From: Leucoraja ocellata
Lineage: Eukaryota
DNA length: 64,000 bases
Assembly: GCA_036785375.1 (NCBI GenBank)
Contig: JAWMAR010000140.1
Span: 868,001-932,000, forward strand
Direction of reading: 5' to 3'
The position numbers and the translations under genes were made by a program. This document shows positions 25,045 to 37,425 of the stretch, one piece after another. Below the pieces are notes generated by a model. It did not search any database, was not told where the DNA came from, and saw only the letters and a program-made list of their open reading frames with translations. How positions within the stretch are numbered: position 1 is the first letter of the stretch; the number at the start of each line of letters is the position of its first letter.

Positions 25045-25451
25045 CGGTAGGAGAGGGACCTTCAAGGTCGGCTGCAGGAGGCACCTCCGGGAAACAGAGG
25101 AAAGGGACTGCAGCAGCCTGCGGCTTGCCTGGGCTTACCTGGATCGGGGAGCTCCAGTCCTTCCAACATGTGGAGCAAAGTTCGAACTTTGGACTCTTTC
25201 TTTGTAAATGGCGCCAAAATATTGTGGATGGGCTTTTGATATCAACAAGTGGGCTCGACAGCTTATATTAATAAATTCCATGAAATGAGCTGCCTAAGTA
25301 GCAAAACTTGTACAGCAGGCTCCACAGTTTCCGATGAGTTAAACCAATCTTACACTGCAGCTCCAGCAGAAGATAACTAGGTAAAAGGGAGAGGCAAACC
25401 ATTTCTCCCCCAAATTGGTGCGGGAGGGGAGGAGAGAGCCCTGGTCAACTA

Positions 25452-25582
25452 GGTCAGGGGTTATTGGGAGAAGGCAGGAGAATGGGGTTAGGAGGGAGAG
25501 ATAGATCAGCCATGATTGAATGGCGGAGTAGACTTGATGGGCCGAATGGCCTAATTCTACTCCTATCACATAACCTTATGAC
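25452..25582 (+). mobile_element. CR1 3' tail
   Basis: gggagaaggcaggagaatggggttaggagggagagatagatcagccatgattgaatggcggagtagacttgatgggccgaatggcc. Confidence 0.85.
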
Positions 25583-26872
25583 ATTATAAGCTCTGGCCCC
25601 ACCACTCCGACCAGTTGTTGGGTGCATGAGCCATTTCCCATAGCTCTGCAGCTGAGGAAACACTAGAAACATGCCCTGAACCTCTCCAGCCTTGCAACTG
25701 AATGCTCAACACACACAATATCACCAGCACTGCAATCAAAGGGTGTTAGGTCAGTGGCCACGTGCAATGAATTATATCCAGGAAACCAGGGAATGGAACA
25801 TATGCAAATGGAAAGTAGATTTAGAGTGTACTTATGGTTTTAATTTATTTCTCAATTTCCATTACTGCACTGGTCAGCGTGTCATTTTTCTTGGCCGAGA
25901 TAGTGCAGGGACTCTGTACTCAGTTGTCAGTAGATCGGCTTTAAACCCCTTGCATTTCCCCACCAAAAATTTGTGAAATGTTTTTCCTACCGGCAAAGAT
26001 TTATTTTCCTATTTCGGGCCCCGGGGATTCCTCCTATTCATCAGATCTATGTTTCATTTGGCTGAGGAGTGCGCTTTACTAGCCTGATGTGCAAGGAGGT
26101 TTCTGAAACTAGCATTCACCTTCATGCTCGCACTTGCCGCAGAAACTGAAGAGAAGTAAGCAAATAAATGACACAAGAGAAAGAAAGTTTGACCAAAAAA
26201 ACCTTGAGAATGTAAATTTGAGGTTTGGCCGGGTTTCTGTGAACTGCTAAGCAGTTTCTTTGAACTGGGGAAGCTATATAGTGGGATGTATATATAAAAC
26301 ATCACTTTCAGTGCAGTGAGGTATTTTGTGGCTTGGATAAGATCTATGCACTGTGACACTTGCCAAGAGTGAAATTAAACAAAAGTATAAAACCCCTCAA
26401 ATTACAGGATTTAGAAGTAATCTCCCTCTCTCTCTCTCCCCCAACTTCCAGCTATCCCCTAATATTGATTAACGTGGTGTCTGTTATTACAGTGCAGGTT
26501 TTACACACAGACACATTTTTCATTGGATGTTCAGTTCAAAAATATGATGACAGTCCTTTGGACTGTAATGCAAAATCAACATTACATTTCTGGACCGTTC
26601 TTGTGGAATTTCATCTCGACTCAGTTGTTGGAGTCTACTTGTCCGTTTGTCTCTTTGTCCGACACCCCCAGCTCCCTCCCTGCTGACCCCGTGCACGCCC
26701 AGTTTATGATGAAAAGCAGATTGTGATATTGATGAGGCGAAAGAAGGAAGGCGGAAACAAAGCTGGAGGGACCAAGTGTAGCAGCCAGGCACCGTAGAGC
26801 GAAGTGGAAGCAGCACAAAGGGGTGCACGGAAGATTTACAAATCAGCAAAACAAATGAGACACAATTCACAG

Positions 26873-27092
26873 GTCGAAGATATACACACAAAGCTGGAGT
26901 AACTCAGCAGGTCAGGCAGCATCTCTGGAGAAAAGGAATCGATGACGTTTCGGGTCAAGACCCTTCTTCAGACTGCCTGAGGAAGGGTCACCTATTCAGT
27001 TTCTCTAGAGATGTTGTCTGAGCCTATGAGTTACTCCAGCTTTTTGAGTCTATCTTCGGATTAAACCAACATCAGCGTTTCTTTCCTACACA
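26873..27092. mobile_element. Inverted Penelope pLTR dimer
   Basis: Minus unit 26873-26974, then plus unit ctgaggaagggtcacc...ctttcctacaca. Confidence 0.8.
26944..26971 (-). ncRNA. Best-preserved minimal hammerhead-ribozyme-like core
   Basis: Minus: CTGAAGA a GGGTC tt GACCC GAAAC GTC, giving the CUGANGA and GAAA boxes, a GC-rich stem II and a GUC triplet. Helix III is only the palindrome ACGT and helix I is weak, so activity is unproven. Confidence 0.55.
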
Positions 27093-28418
27093 TTGGCTCA
27101 TTGGTTCATGTTGTATTTAAGGACTTATTATAGGGGTATTCAAATATTGACTCGGGCTTGGAATATTTATTTGAATTCAAAATATATTGCATTTGTATTC
27201 ATCAATGGTTTTCTTTTGGAATATGTAGAACAGATTTGATTATATTATGTAACTCCAGAGTAAAATAAACACAAATGAAGGACTTTTTTATTGCGGGACA
27301 TACATTACTTCAGGCTATCATCTCCAAATTCCTATAATCCAAGGATCTACTTTTTCCTTCCTTTCCCCACTTCCCATTTAATCTTTGGCTGGCAAATGCA
27401 AATCATTTTCCTGTATAACTAATTTAATATTCCTGTTTACTTATTCTATTTCTTTGCATTATTTTCCTTCCCATTTTATTTATATTTCAATGCATTCTTC
27501 CCCTTTGAAGGTTATTCTGTTGCCTCATATTAATATTATCATGCAATTATTTTTTTACCTTCTAAGTATTTCTTCCTTCCAATATCTTCCACAATTAGCT
27601 GTGTTTCCAAAACCAACCCATGTTTCATTTACTTTCTCTGTTTTGTTCCATGATGATTTTTACATTCACACCGTCTTCACCAACTGTACTTGTTCTGAGA
27701 GCTCAACACTTTTAACTTTTATGATAGGTACATGAACAGTCTTTCTGAATACATTAATTTTATGTTTACTGCGACATCTTCATCACAATCCTATAAATAT
27801 TTTGAGTATCTGTTTAGGGATTGAAAAAAAAAAATCAAAATCTGCAAATTACTTTCAGATTAATAGATTGCAAAAGGTTTCCATTGTGGTGAGCATCTGC
27901 AGTTCACAAATGATTTTGTTTTGAATATTTGCAGACTTTGGAAAGAAAGAAGGGTCTGCTCATACCAATGAGAAACATTGCAAATAAATTGAGCTGCCCT
28001 TCATATTCCCTCCTCCTGCTCCCCACTTTGCCCAATGCGGCAAACCACCCACCCATCTACACTTCCAGTCCCCCTCCCCTTCCCTCCCCACACAAACTCT
28101 TCCCATCCCAACCCCTGCCAGTTCCCCACCCCAACCCCTACCAATTTTATGCGTTTCTTATGGAAACGTATGCAATTATAAAAGGACTGGACAAGCTAGA
28201 TGCAGGAAAAATAGGGAATCCAGAATCAAGGGGCCACAATCTAAGAATAAAGGGGAGGCCATTTAAAACTGACATGAGAAAAAAGTTTTCACCCAGAAAG
28301 TTGTGAATTTGTGAATTCTCTGCCACAGAAGGCAGTGGAGGCCAATTCACTGGATGAATTTAACAGAAAGTTATATAGAGCTCTTGGGGCTAGCGGAATC
28401 AAGGGATATGGGGAGAAA

Positions 28419-29467
28419 CAGGGCCAGCTTTAAGCTGATTGGACCAATTGCTCCCAATTGGGCCCCGCGCCTAAGGGGGCACGCGCTAGAGTAATCGTCT
28501 CTCGACTCGGGTAGATCTACCCCGGGTGGAGGGGGGAGAGAGTGGTGGGGAGAGAGTAGAGGGGTGGAGGGGGAAGAAAGGGGTAGACGGGGAGGGGGGG
28601 TGAGAGGGTGAATGGAGAAGGGAGAGAGAGGGAGGTGGGTCATTCCGTCACGGTCCCGGGGCAGCGTTCCCGCCCCTCCAGTCGCCGTGCTTCACGCACA
28701 CAGACCCTGGCTCCACCCCTCTCTCTCCCTGGGAAAATGTGTTGAACAATACAGGGAGGGCGGGCCGGGGGTTTGGGGGGAGGGGGGAGGGCGGCTGGGG
28801 GTTGGAGCAACGTTTATAAACCTCGGCCTCAGCTCACACCCATTCGCCCGGACCCCGGCATCCGTTCCCGCCGCCGACGCCTCTCTCCCTCCCTTCTCTC
28901 CTTCCCTTCCCTCCCTCCCTCCCTTCTTCCCTCCCTCCCTTTTCTCCTTCCTCCTTCCTTTCTCTCTTTTCCCGTCTTTCCTTCCCTCCATCCCTTCTTT
29001 CTCTACTTCCCTCACTCTCTTCTGTCCTTCCTCCCTTCTCTCCCTCCCTCCCTTCTCTCCTTCCCTCCCAAAGGGTAGGATGGGGCTGAAGCCCACAATT
29101 TAATGCCTGGACTGGTTTTTCACCAATGGTTATTGGTTTTCCAGGTTCTAGTTAATTAAATTACATTGTTTTTTTCATTTCACAGTCACTAAAACAATTG
29201 GTATTGTAACTATGTAGTTTTCAGAGGTGATCTACACATTTTGTTTGTTACTTGTAGGCTTCCATGTATGCAGTTTTATATTAGAAATGTAGTTTAGACC
29301 TCTTTGGTCCATTAACTCGCACTTTTTAAGCGCACATTTTGATTACTTTCCATTCTATCATGGAGATATAAAGTCTAAAATAGACTTTATTTGTAGTTCT
29401 TTGATTCTACAGACCTTGGCTGTGAACCTGGGGCTCACCAAAATTGTTCCCAATTGGGCCGGCCCTG
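28419..29467. mobile_element. hAT (Tip100-like) non-autonomous element, ~1.05 kb
   Basis: TIR cagggccagc / gccggccctg; degenerate 8-bp TSD gggagaaa (28411-28418) / gggtgaag (29468-29475); subterminal aattg.tcccaattgggcc at both ends. Confidence 0.7.
28880..29068 (+). repeat. Polypyrimidine/polypurine low-complexity tract
   Basis: About 190 nt almost entirely C/T ((cctt)n/(ccct)n-like), preceded by G-run clusters at 28520-28640 and 28760-28801. Confidence 0.9.
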
Positions 29468-30362
29468 GGGTGAAGGCAGGCATGGGTTACCTGATTGTGG
29501 ATGATCAGCCATGATCACAATAAATGGCGGTGCAAGCTCGAAAGGCCAAATGGCCTCCTCTTGCACCGATTTTCTATGTAACTGTGCAAACCTGTTTTCC
29601 CTTCTTTCAGTTAGTGCCAGCGAACCATGTTTACATACTTCTTCTCCAGGAATATACCTGTAACCAGCAGCCTGGGGGAACGAGGAGTATGAATTACACC
29701 CACTGGACACTGGTAGGAAATTAAAAAAGATTTCGTTTTTGCCTTGACTCTTTGCATAAGCAGTTTCTCTTGGCCAGTATTTATGCTTCATGGACAAATA
29801 TGTTGAGTTTGCAGTTGGTTGAGCCACTTCAGTTTTTCAAACATATTTTCATGGTAATGGAATGTAAGAAAGCTGGCCGTGTTACCCAGACATATTGACA
29901 TAAAAAACCCTTGACTTCATTATTTTATATGTATTCCTCCACAGTTTATTTACAGATACATAAATTATGCTGCAGTGTTTTCAGGCAAGTGGGTAACACA
30001 GCTTTAAGGAGCTTTAAGTTTTATTATGCATCTGTACATATGTGCATACCAGACCAACAAAATACAACGTATTAATGATCAACATATTTTACCAGCTAAT
30101 GCACTGATCAGCCTACATGGTTTAAAAGTAAGAGGCAAAATGTTTTGTATGCACATCCCTCAATGCAGAATAAATTATTTAAAGTTGTTGAAAAAAAATG
30201 CCACATATACTAGAAAGAAAAACAGATAATTGCAGAAATACTCAAAAAGGTCAGACATCATCCGGGGAAAGAGAACATTCAAAGGGGTAGCCCTAGTTTT
30301 CTTTCCACAGATGCTGCCTGACCTGATGAGTATTTCCAGCATTTACTGTTTTTGATTTTTTT

Positions 30363-30592
30363 CCCGTTTGTACGTTCTCCCCGTGACCGCGTGGCTTTTT
30401 GCCTGGGAGCATCGGTTTCCTCCCACACTCCAAAGACGTACAGGTTTGTAGTTTAATTGGCCTGATGTAAGTATATATTGTCCCTAGAGTGTTGAGGATA
30501 GTGTAGGTGTACGGGGGTCACTGGTCGGTGCGGACTCGGTGGACTGAATGGTCTATTCCGCGCTGTATCTCTAAACTAAACTCAACTAAACA
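30363..30592 (+). mobile_element. HE1-type SINE (5'-truncated)
   Basis: gtttgtacgttctccccgtgaccgcgtgg...ctgtatctctaaactaaac. Confidence 0.85.
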
Positions 30593-30784
30593 AATTGGTG
30601 TAAAAAATACGAGAAGGGTGAAATGTAATAATAATTTAAACCAGACATTAGCATAGTTGTTGGGTGGGAATATGGGGAAGGAACGATAGGAGAGAGAGCA
30701 TTGGAGATGTGGTTCCAACTGCCTATCATTACCTGATTCCAGCTCTCACTGTTTCACTACTCTCTCCCATCTCTTTGTAAGTTT

Positions 30785-31255
30785 AGGGAAGAACTGATGC
30801 CGGTTTAAATCGAAGGTCGACACAAAATGCTGGAGAAACGAGGCGCGGCAGGCAGCATCTCTGGAGAGAAGGAATGGGTGATCTTTTGGATCGAGGCTAT
30901 TCTTCAGACAGTTTAGTTTAGAGAAACAGCACAGAAACAAGCTCTTTAACCCACCGAGTCTGCACTGACCAGCGATCCCCCCCGCACTAACAATATCCGA
31001 CACACACCAGGAACAATTTACATCCATACAAAGCCAATTAACCTACAAACCTTCATGTCTTCAGAGTGTGGGAGGAAACCAAAGATCTCGGAGAAAACCA
31101 ACCCACACAGGTCATGGGGAGAACATACAAACTCCGTACAGACAGCATCCCTCTACTTGCTCAGTCCCGATGCAAGGTATTGAACCAACATGTCGACTAT
31201 CCTTTTCCCTCCACAGATGCCGCTTGACCCACTGAATTCCTCCAACAGTTTGTTT
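30785..31255. mobile_element. Penelope unit (30785-30910, minus), HE1 SINE (30911-31150, minus) and older Penelope unit (31162-31255, plus)
   Basis: Same motifs as the other copies of each family. Confidence 0.7.
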
Positions 31256-32067
31256 GGTTGCTTGCTCCTGGATGTGAGTAGTTTCACAGAAATACCCAGT
31301 GATTATTATTTCATAGGAAAGTCAAAGTAAGAAGATAAATCCTCTTTATAGTCTTTGTCAGGTGAATATTGACTGTTGCACATACAGACAAAACTCAGTA
31401 TGCCAATAGATTAAACCTTTTTAGGCTACATAAACACAAAATGAATATGAGTACATTAAGGCAATGCTACATACAGTGTAAGGTTGCCATTGTGTGCCAT
31501 TTATTTGTTTGTAACATTAATTTCTGAAGTCTCATTGTGCTCCACGCAATAATGCATTGCGCGATAGAATCTCAATTATAGAATTCTTTTTTTGATTGTC
31601 TGTTGATGGATATTTCTTCACAACTTCAAAATTTGGTACAATATACAATATATATCATTATTGCATTTTCATAAAGGCATTCAATTCTGATATAAAGACG
31701 GCATCAATTATATACTGGACCAATATCAATTCTTGGTGGAAAACCTGAAAGTATCAGTTTTCATCTTTATCAATATTTGACAATAGCCGACTACACAGAT
31801 GCAGAGAGGGGTGCTCCTGGGATGCCAGAATGCACCGCTGAGCCTACTGGAGACATTGTGGGTTCAATCAGTGAAAGGTCGATGAAAGTAGGTGCCCACT
31901 TGATAACCCCAATGACGTGTCTGCCTAGCCTTTCTCAACATCGGAGGAGCATAGGTGAGTGCAGAAGGCTCCCATCACCATCGGGAGTAAATTAATATTT
32001 GGCACTTTGGACTTTTAACATCCAGTCCTGTGTATTTGTAAACATGGTGAGTGGAGGAATCAGCAGA

Positions 32068-32300
32068 GGTGCTGTCTGTACAGAGTTTGTACGTTCTCCC
32101 CGTGACCGCGTGGGTTTTCCCTGGGATCTTCGGTTTCCTTCCACACTCTAAAGAAGTAGAGATTTGTGGGTTAATTGGCTTGGTATAAACGTTAATTTTC
32201 CCTAGTGTGTGTAGGATAGTGTTAATGTGCGGGGATCGCAGGCTGGTGCGGATTCAGTGGGCCGAAGGGCCTGTTTCCGCACTGTATCTCTAAACTAAAC
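32068..32300 (+). mobile_element. HE1-type SINE
   Basis: ggtgctgtctgtacagagtttgtacgttctccccgtgacc...ctgtatctctaaactaaac. Confidence 0.85.
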
Positions 32301-32739
32301 TTTAAAAATACTGAGGTGTTCAACATGGCTTCTGGAAAGGAAGGTCATTTCTTATAAATGTTTTCTACTTTTGCCTGGAGATATTGAAAAATTGATGAAT
32401 GAGAACATTGTGGTTAGCAATGTTTCCCTGACTTGTGGAAAACCCATGAAAAGATGTCTTACAATGCATTGAAGTACAAGGTAGAATCTTGTGGGACCTA
32501 CTTGGAAGCTGCTGCAACAGGTTAAGATTTGGTTGCGTTCCTTGGGGAGAAAGTTATCTGTGGAGAGTTTGCAGAGACTTAGAATTAATATTTCAGGTTG
32601 AATGATTCTTCTTCAGAACTGAATAAGTATGAAAATAACTGTTTTTGGAGTTGCAGACAGGGTAGTGTTGAACAGCTGGGATGTGCGTGAACCCACTTTA
32701 CACATTTTTCCTTCTGTAAATTAAAAGATGCTCTTGTTT

Positions 32740-32870
32740 CAGTACTGAAGGAGGGTTATCGACCCGAAACATGAATTCTGTTTTTCTCTTTCCACAGATG
32801 GAGGCTGATCTGGTGAGTTTTCCAAGCATTTTCCGTTTTTTAACTTCAGATTTCTTGCATTCGCAGTTTT
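32740..32870 (+). mobile_element. Older Penelope pLTR unit
   Basis: ctgaaggagggttatcgacccgaaacatgaattctgtttttctctttccacagatg...tccaagcattttc. Confidence 0.6.
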
Positions 32871-33614
32871 TGTTGACATTTTTATCAGTTGTACAAAAAT
32901 AAACAAGCAAATTGTCTTGCCCATCTTACACTCCAAAAAAGCAGAATGCAAAGTAACTGCTACAAACCAAATTCCACCTCAACTCCTTTAATCTCTTTGT
33001 ATGGTATGAGAAAAGTTCAGAAAATATAATTTCACAGTTTAAACTACCTTTGTTAATCAGATGAAACTGCCATCTTGTGCAACGAGTGCTCATCCAGCCA
33101 AGGGAGTGCGGAAGAGCCTGAAGAGTCTCTGACTAGGGCAGGGATTATTTTCTACAAAAGCAAGGTGGTACAAGGCCGGTCAACGTGCTGTTCTGGATAT
33201 GTTTTGATTTCATAGAAGAGTCAGAGAGGAGTTTTCCAGGTCATTTCCTTTAAATATCTTGCTTTTTTTTGTGTGTTTCTCAGAAGACTACAATGCTGTT
33301 AATGGGCAGTTATGACCAGGCATTAATGTTTCCAGGCACTACGATGATGCAACAGTTGTTTTTGATAGAAGACATTTTCATTTCCCTGCCTTATATTTTC
33401 ACCTGTTCTTTATTTAAGTACAAATGTGACATGAGTGCTTTTCACATTATGCACTGAAACTGCCAGCTTCAAAGAAGCTTTTCTTTGTTGTTAGTTGATT
33501 CCAAGAGATGCTAAAATGGCCGTTACCAAAGTCATAAAGTTGTTAAAATATTAGGTTTATTAATGCAATGCTAATGATAAATTACCAAATGAAATATCTA
33601 ATTCCCAGGATTTT

Positions 33615-34591
33615 GGGACGCTGTCCACAGCATTCCATTTGAACAACAAGGAAGCTAAGTGAGAGCTAGCTGTCTTTGTTAACAACAGGCGCTTGGATTT
33701 CCAACAGACGCCCACTTGCCTTGGCGTAAAGCTGAACAGGTCACTTACATTTCGTCAACACCTGGCTCGTCTCCTCGACAAGTTCATGGCATGTAGTGGC
33801 CTCATTCGACGCCTGGCAGCAACAAGTTGTAAGCCAGTCCATCAGTCCATCTTCGCACCTCTGCCTTAGCTCTTGTGTACGCACCAGCTGACTACTGGTC
33901 ACCCATATGGAGTATAGCAGACATATTAGCCTGGTAGACACGAGCCTGAACAGCACCTTGTGAACCATCACTGGGTGCCTTCAACCTACTCCAGTTGAGC
34001 AGCTCCCTACACTTGCAGGCATTCCGCCTGCAGGAATCTGAAGGCAAGCAGCAACTCTGGCACTATCTCATCATGCCATGGACCCAGATCACCTCGTCCA
34101 TCAGGCTATCAGCAGAGAGCAGAGGCCACCCCCATTGAAGTCCAGTCACCCCTTTACTCCACATGGAAAACAACTCCGAGCATCCATCCAGCAAACTGAG
34201 ACAAAAGCACACTGGACGGCCACCAACTGGTCACAGGAGTGGAAGGCAACCTCATCTCCATTACACAGCTACATATCTTCACCAGGTAAAAGCTGTCCAG
34301 GGTCTGACCTCCCCAGAGGAGCATGGGTGAAGCTCAACAGACTTGGTACTGGAGTTGGGCGTTTCAATACCAGCGTGTGGAGATGGGGACTCCGCCAGAG
34401 CCCAGCCTGTGCATGTGGAGCAGAACAACAGACAGCCAACCATGTCATCTCTGGGTGCCCACTCTACCACCCACCAAATGGAGCTCAGGGCCTGGCAGAC
34501 ATTGACGCAGAGACAACAACCTGGCTGCTCAACATCTATCTTGAGATCTAACTATTCCTTTGGTGTATTTATGTTTCATTTGCAAGAAGAA
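33615..34591 (+). mobile_element. Vingi (Ingi-related) non-LTR retrotransposon, 5'-truncated and decayed
   Basis: TLSTAFHLNNKEAK*EL...PTCLGVKLNRSLTFRQHL and C-terminal WVKLNRLGTGVGRF...WGLRQSPACACGAEQQTANHVISGCP (CCHC knuckle); ends gcaagaagaa; possible TSD aggatttt/aagatttt. Confidence 0.8.
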
Positions 34592-35579
34592 GATTTTTAC
34601 ATTTACACAAAAAAAATGTTTTCGCCTATATTCTCCTTCTGCATTGTTTACATCTTCTAAGAGATGGTGGAAACTTTTTTTCAAGCACCATTTTACTTGC
34701 CTGAAAGCTGCCATTATGGTTTTTTTTTTCCTATTCTTTTAATAGTTTGGAATCTGAAGCATCAATATTTGATGTTTGAAAATGTATCCATTTCAGCACA
34801 GGTGGCTGCTCATCCATCATGTTCAAAAAATTACATTTTGCTGCCATTACAAAGTTTCTTTGTACTTGGAAACATCTCCATTATTAATTATTTCGGGCCT
34901 TTGGTGTTATTTAAGTGACAGGACATAATTACATCAGAGCATTTTGACTGTCAGTTTGGACCTCTCATCAGCTGTGGAAATTCAAGCTGTCAGATTAGGG
35001 AGACTGCTTTTTATAAGTTTGGTGAACTAATGACAAGCCATAAAACAACAAGATAAAATCTGCCTCTGTCGTGCATAAGATAGTTACACATGTGGAAGAT
35101 TATTTGGTCCACCCCAGTTCAATCACACAATACAACTTTAAATTCCATCCCTTTTACAGTGAACGATTTCTGAACTGATTCCAGGGTTCTCTAATTTGAG
35201 GTTTGTTCTATTATAACGATTACAATATGCGTGAATTTCCCCATATATTTATGAATTGGATATTTTCATTTGGTTCATTATGAACATTGCATTAATTTTA
35301 AAGACTTGGACTTTTATAGTGTTCATTTTAGCACACCATTGAATCAACTAATATCAAAGAAATGTTTGCTTGAAGCCAACAGTTTTAATTCAATTTGTGG
35401 GTTATTAATATGAACCAGTGTTTTCCTGTTCTACTATAACACTTTTAATTTTACTTTGTGTTGTGGATTTAGCTTTTCCATTCCTTGACCATCTTCTGAT
35501 CAGCTCAATTTTCTAGTTCATCTAACATGGCCCAATGCGTAAGATGTAGTGCTCTTTCTTGCACTTGAATTGAAATATA

Positions 35580-35878
35580 TAATATGGAAACGGGACCTTT
35601 GGCCCACTGAGCCCACACCATCCATCGATCACCCGTTCACACACACGGGTTGTGTGTTATCCTACTTTCTCTTCCACTCCCGATAAACTGAGGGATAATT
35701 TGCAAAGGCCAATTAATCTACAAACCCAAACATCCTTGGGCTGTTGGAGTAAACCAGTGTACCCATGAGGTCACAGGGAGAAAATGCAAACTCCACACAG
35801 ACAGCACCCGAGGTCAGGATGGAACCTGGATCTCTAGCTATGTGAGGCAGCAGCTTTACCGTCTACATCACTATGCCA
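35580..35878 (-). mobile_element. Diverged HE1-type SINE
   Basis: gcaaactccacacagacagcacccgaggtcaggatggaacctggatctct...gaggcagcagc. Confidence 0.75.
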
Positions 35879-36805
35879 CTGACTTCATCAATCCTTCAAT
35901 ATTTATATATTGTATCTGGATATTTTATCTTGCACATGATGTGAGTGTCACTGGCTCAAATGACTAAATGGCTCTTAATTGAATGAATTTATTAGAGCAT
36001 TTCAGAAAGAGATTAAGGGTCAACTATATCATTGTGAGTCAATGTCACACATAAGCCAAACCAGACTGACAACTCTCCTCTCTGAAAGTATATTGGTAAT
36101 GGCGTTTCGCAAGAAGATTGCGACCAATATTATTTTATTCTAGAGTTATTCAATTACTTGACATTAATTTCTTCACCTCCTTTGATGGAATTAAAGCTCA
36201 TGTCAATGGATGATTGGCTCAGGTCTTTGGCCACCGACCCAATGACTTAATCAATGAACACCTTATCCCGTGGGAATCAAGCACTTAATGTTTTGGAGCC
36301 TGCAAATCTTGATTAGAATTTCTTCTGAATAGAATTCTGTTATTTTAACTGTGTACTTTAACAATTCAACGACAAGCCAATTGTCCCTTCATGTTATTTG
36401 GGTTTTTTTTTAAACTGCATTTGTAATATGTTGCAGACTCTTTATACTGTGGATCTATTGTCATCAATGACCTCCATAGGATGAGTGACAAGAATAAAAT
36501 TGACTTCTAACACAAAGCTCTTTGTGTTTTAACTGTTGAATCATGAATGCTTTTCTTATTCAGGCTGGAAATATTGTACAGTGCCATTGTCATGATTGGT
36601 AACAATGCTGAAGGAAGATTAACCGGTATATTTTTATGAGTAATTGTTGCTTACCTATCCCGAGATTTCAGTTTTGTTTTCTGGAGCATCACTGTTTACT
36701 GACATAGTCCTTTGCCCTTGCATCATTTATGCTTTGTGCATTGTAAAGTTAAGTTGACTACAATTGGCACTTTAGGTTTTTTACAGCTTAGATGAGTCAT
36801 GGATT

Positions 36806-37425
36806 GTTTAGTTTAGTTTAGTTTAGAGATACAGCGCAGAAACAGGTCTTTCGGCCCAACGAGTCTGCGCTGACCAGCGATCCCCACACATTAACATTAT
36901 CCTACACACACTAGGGACAATTTGCACTTATTCCAAGCCAATTAACCTACACGCCTGTACTTTTCTGGAGAGTGGGATGAAACCAAAGATCTCAGAGAAA
37001 ATGCAAGCAGTCATCTGGAGAAAATACCAATTCCGTACAGGCGGCATCCGTAGTCAGCAGTGCCGGATTTAGATGAAGAGAGGCCCTAAGCTGTTCCACT
37101 TGTGTGGCCCCCAGCGACCGGACAGCCATGGTGGCCAAATCTCCCACAATTCAAAGCGAGAGAGAAAGTGCCCAGCGTCCACCAGTTGCCGTTGCAGTGC
37201 GCATGCGCAGGGCGGCCGATGATGTGCTGGCCGTGGTTGTGCGCATGTGCAAGGCGCTTATATTTTGGAAATGTACACACCGTTTTTTTCAATTTTTTCA
37301 GGGGGCCCCAGTGGGGGCTCTAAGCTATAGCTTGTTTAGCTTATACGTAAATCCGGCACTGGTAGTCAGGATGGAACCCGGATCTCTGGCGCTGTGAGGC
37401 AACAATTCTACCATTGCGCTATCGT
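36806..37425 (-). mobile_element. HE1-type SINE split by a hAT MITE
   Basis: Halves rejoin at gcatccgtagtcag|gatggaacccgg. Confidence 0.85.
37058..37361. mobile_element. hAT MITE, 304 bp, perfect 14-bp TIR and 8-bp TSD
   Basis: TIR cagtgccggattta / taaatccggcactg; TSD gtagtcag at 37050-37057 and 37362-37369. Confidence 0.9.

Larger units (their letters stand above)
28159..29578 (+). mobile_element. CR1 3' fragment (28159-28418 and 29468-29578) split by a hAT element
   Basis: ETYAIIKGLDKLDAGK..ESRGHNLRIKGRPFKT; the tail resumes gcaggcatgggttac...gatcagccatgatc after the insertion. Confidence 0.85.

Noticed and set aside
26689-26830. Box C/D snoRNA candidate (stem plus atgatga)
   Set aside because: No CTGA box D next to the 3' stem.
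28612-29103. Pro/Ser/Leu-rich and Gly/Arg/Glu-rich ORFs
   Set aside because: Products of the low-complexity tract.
31777-31960. ORF ending at a strong AG|gtgagt donor
   Set aside because: No clear acceptor and no recognisable protein.
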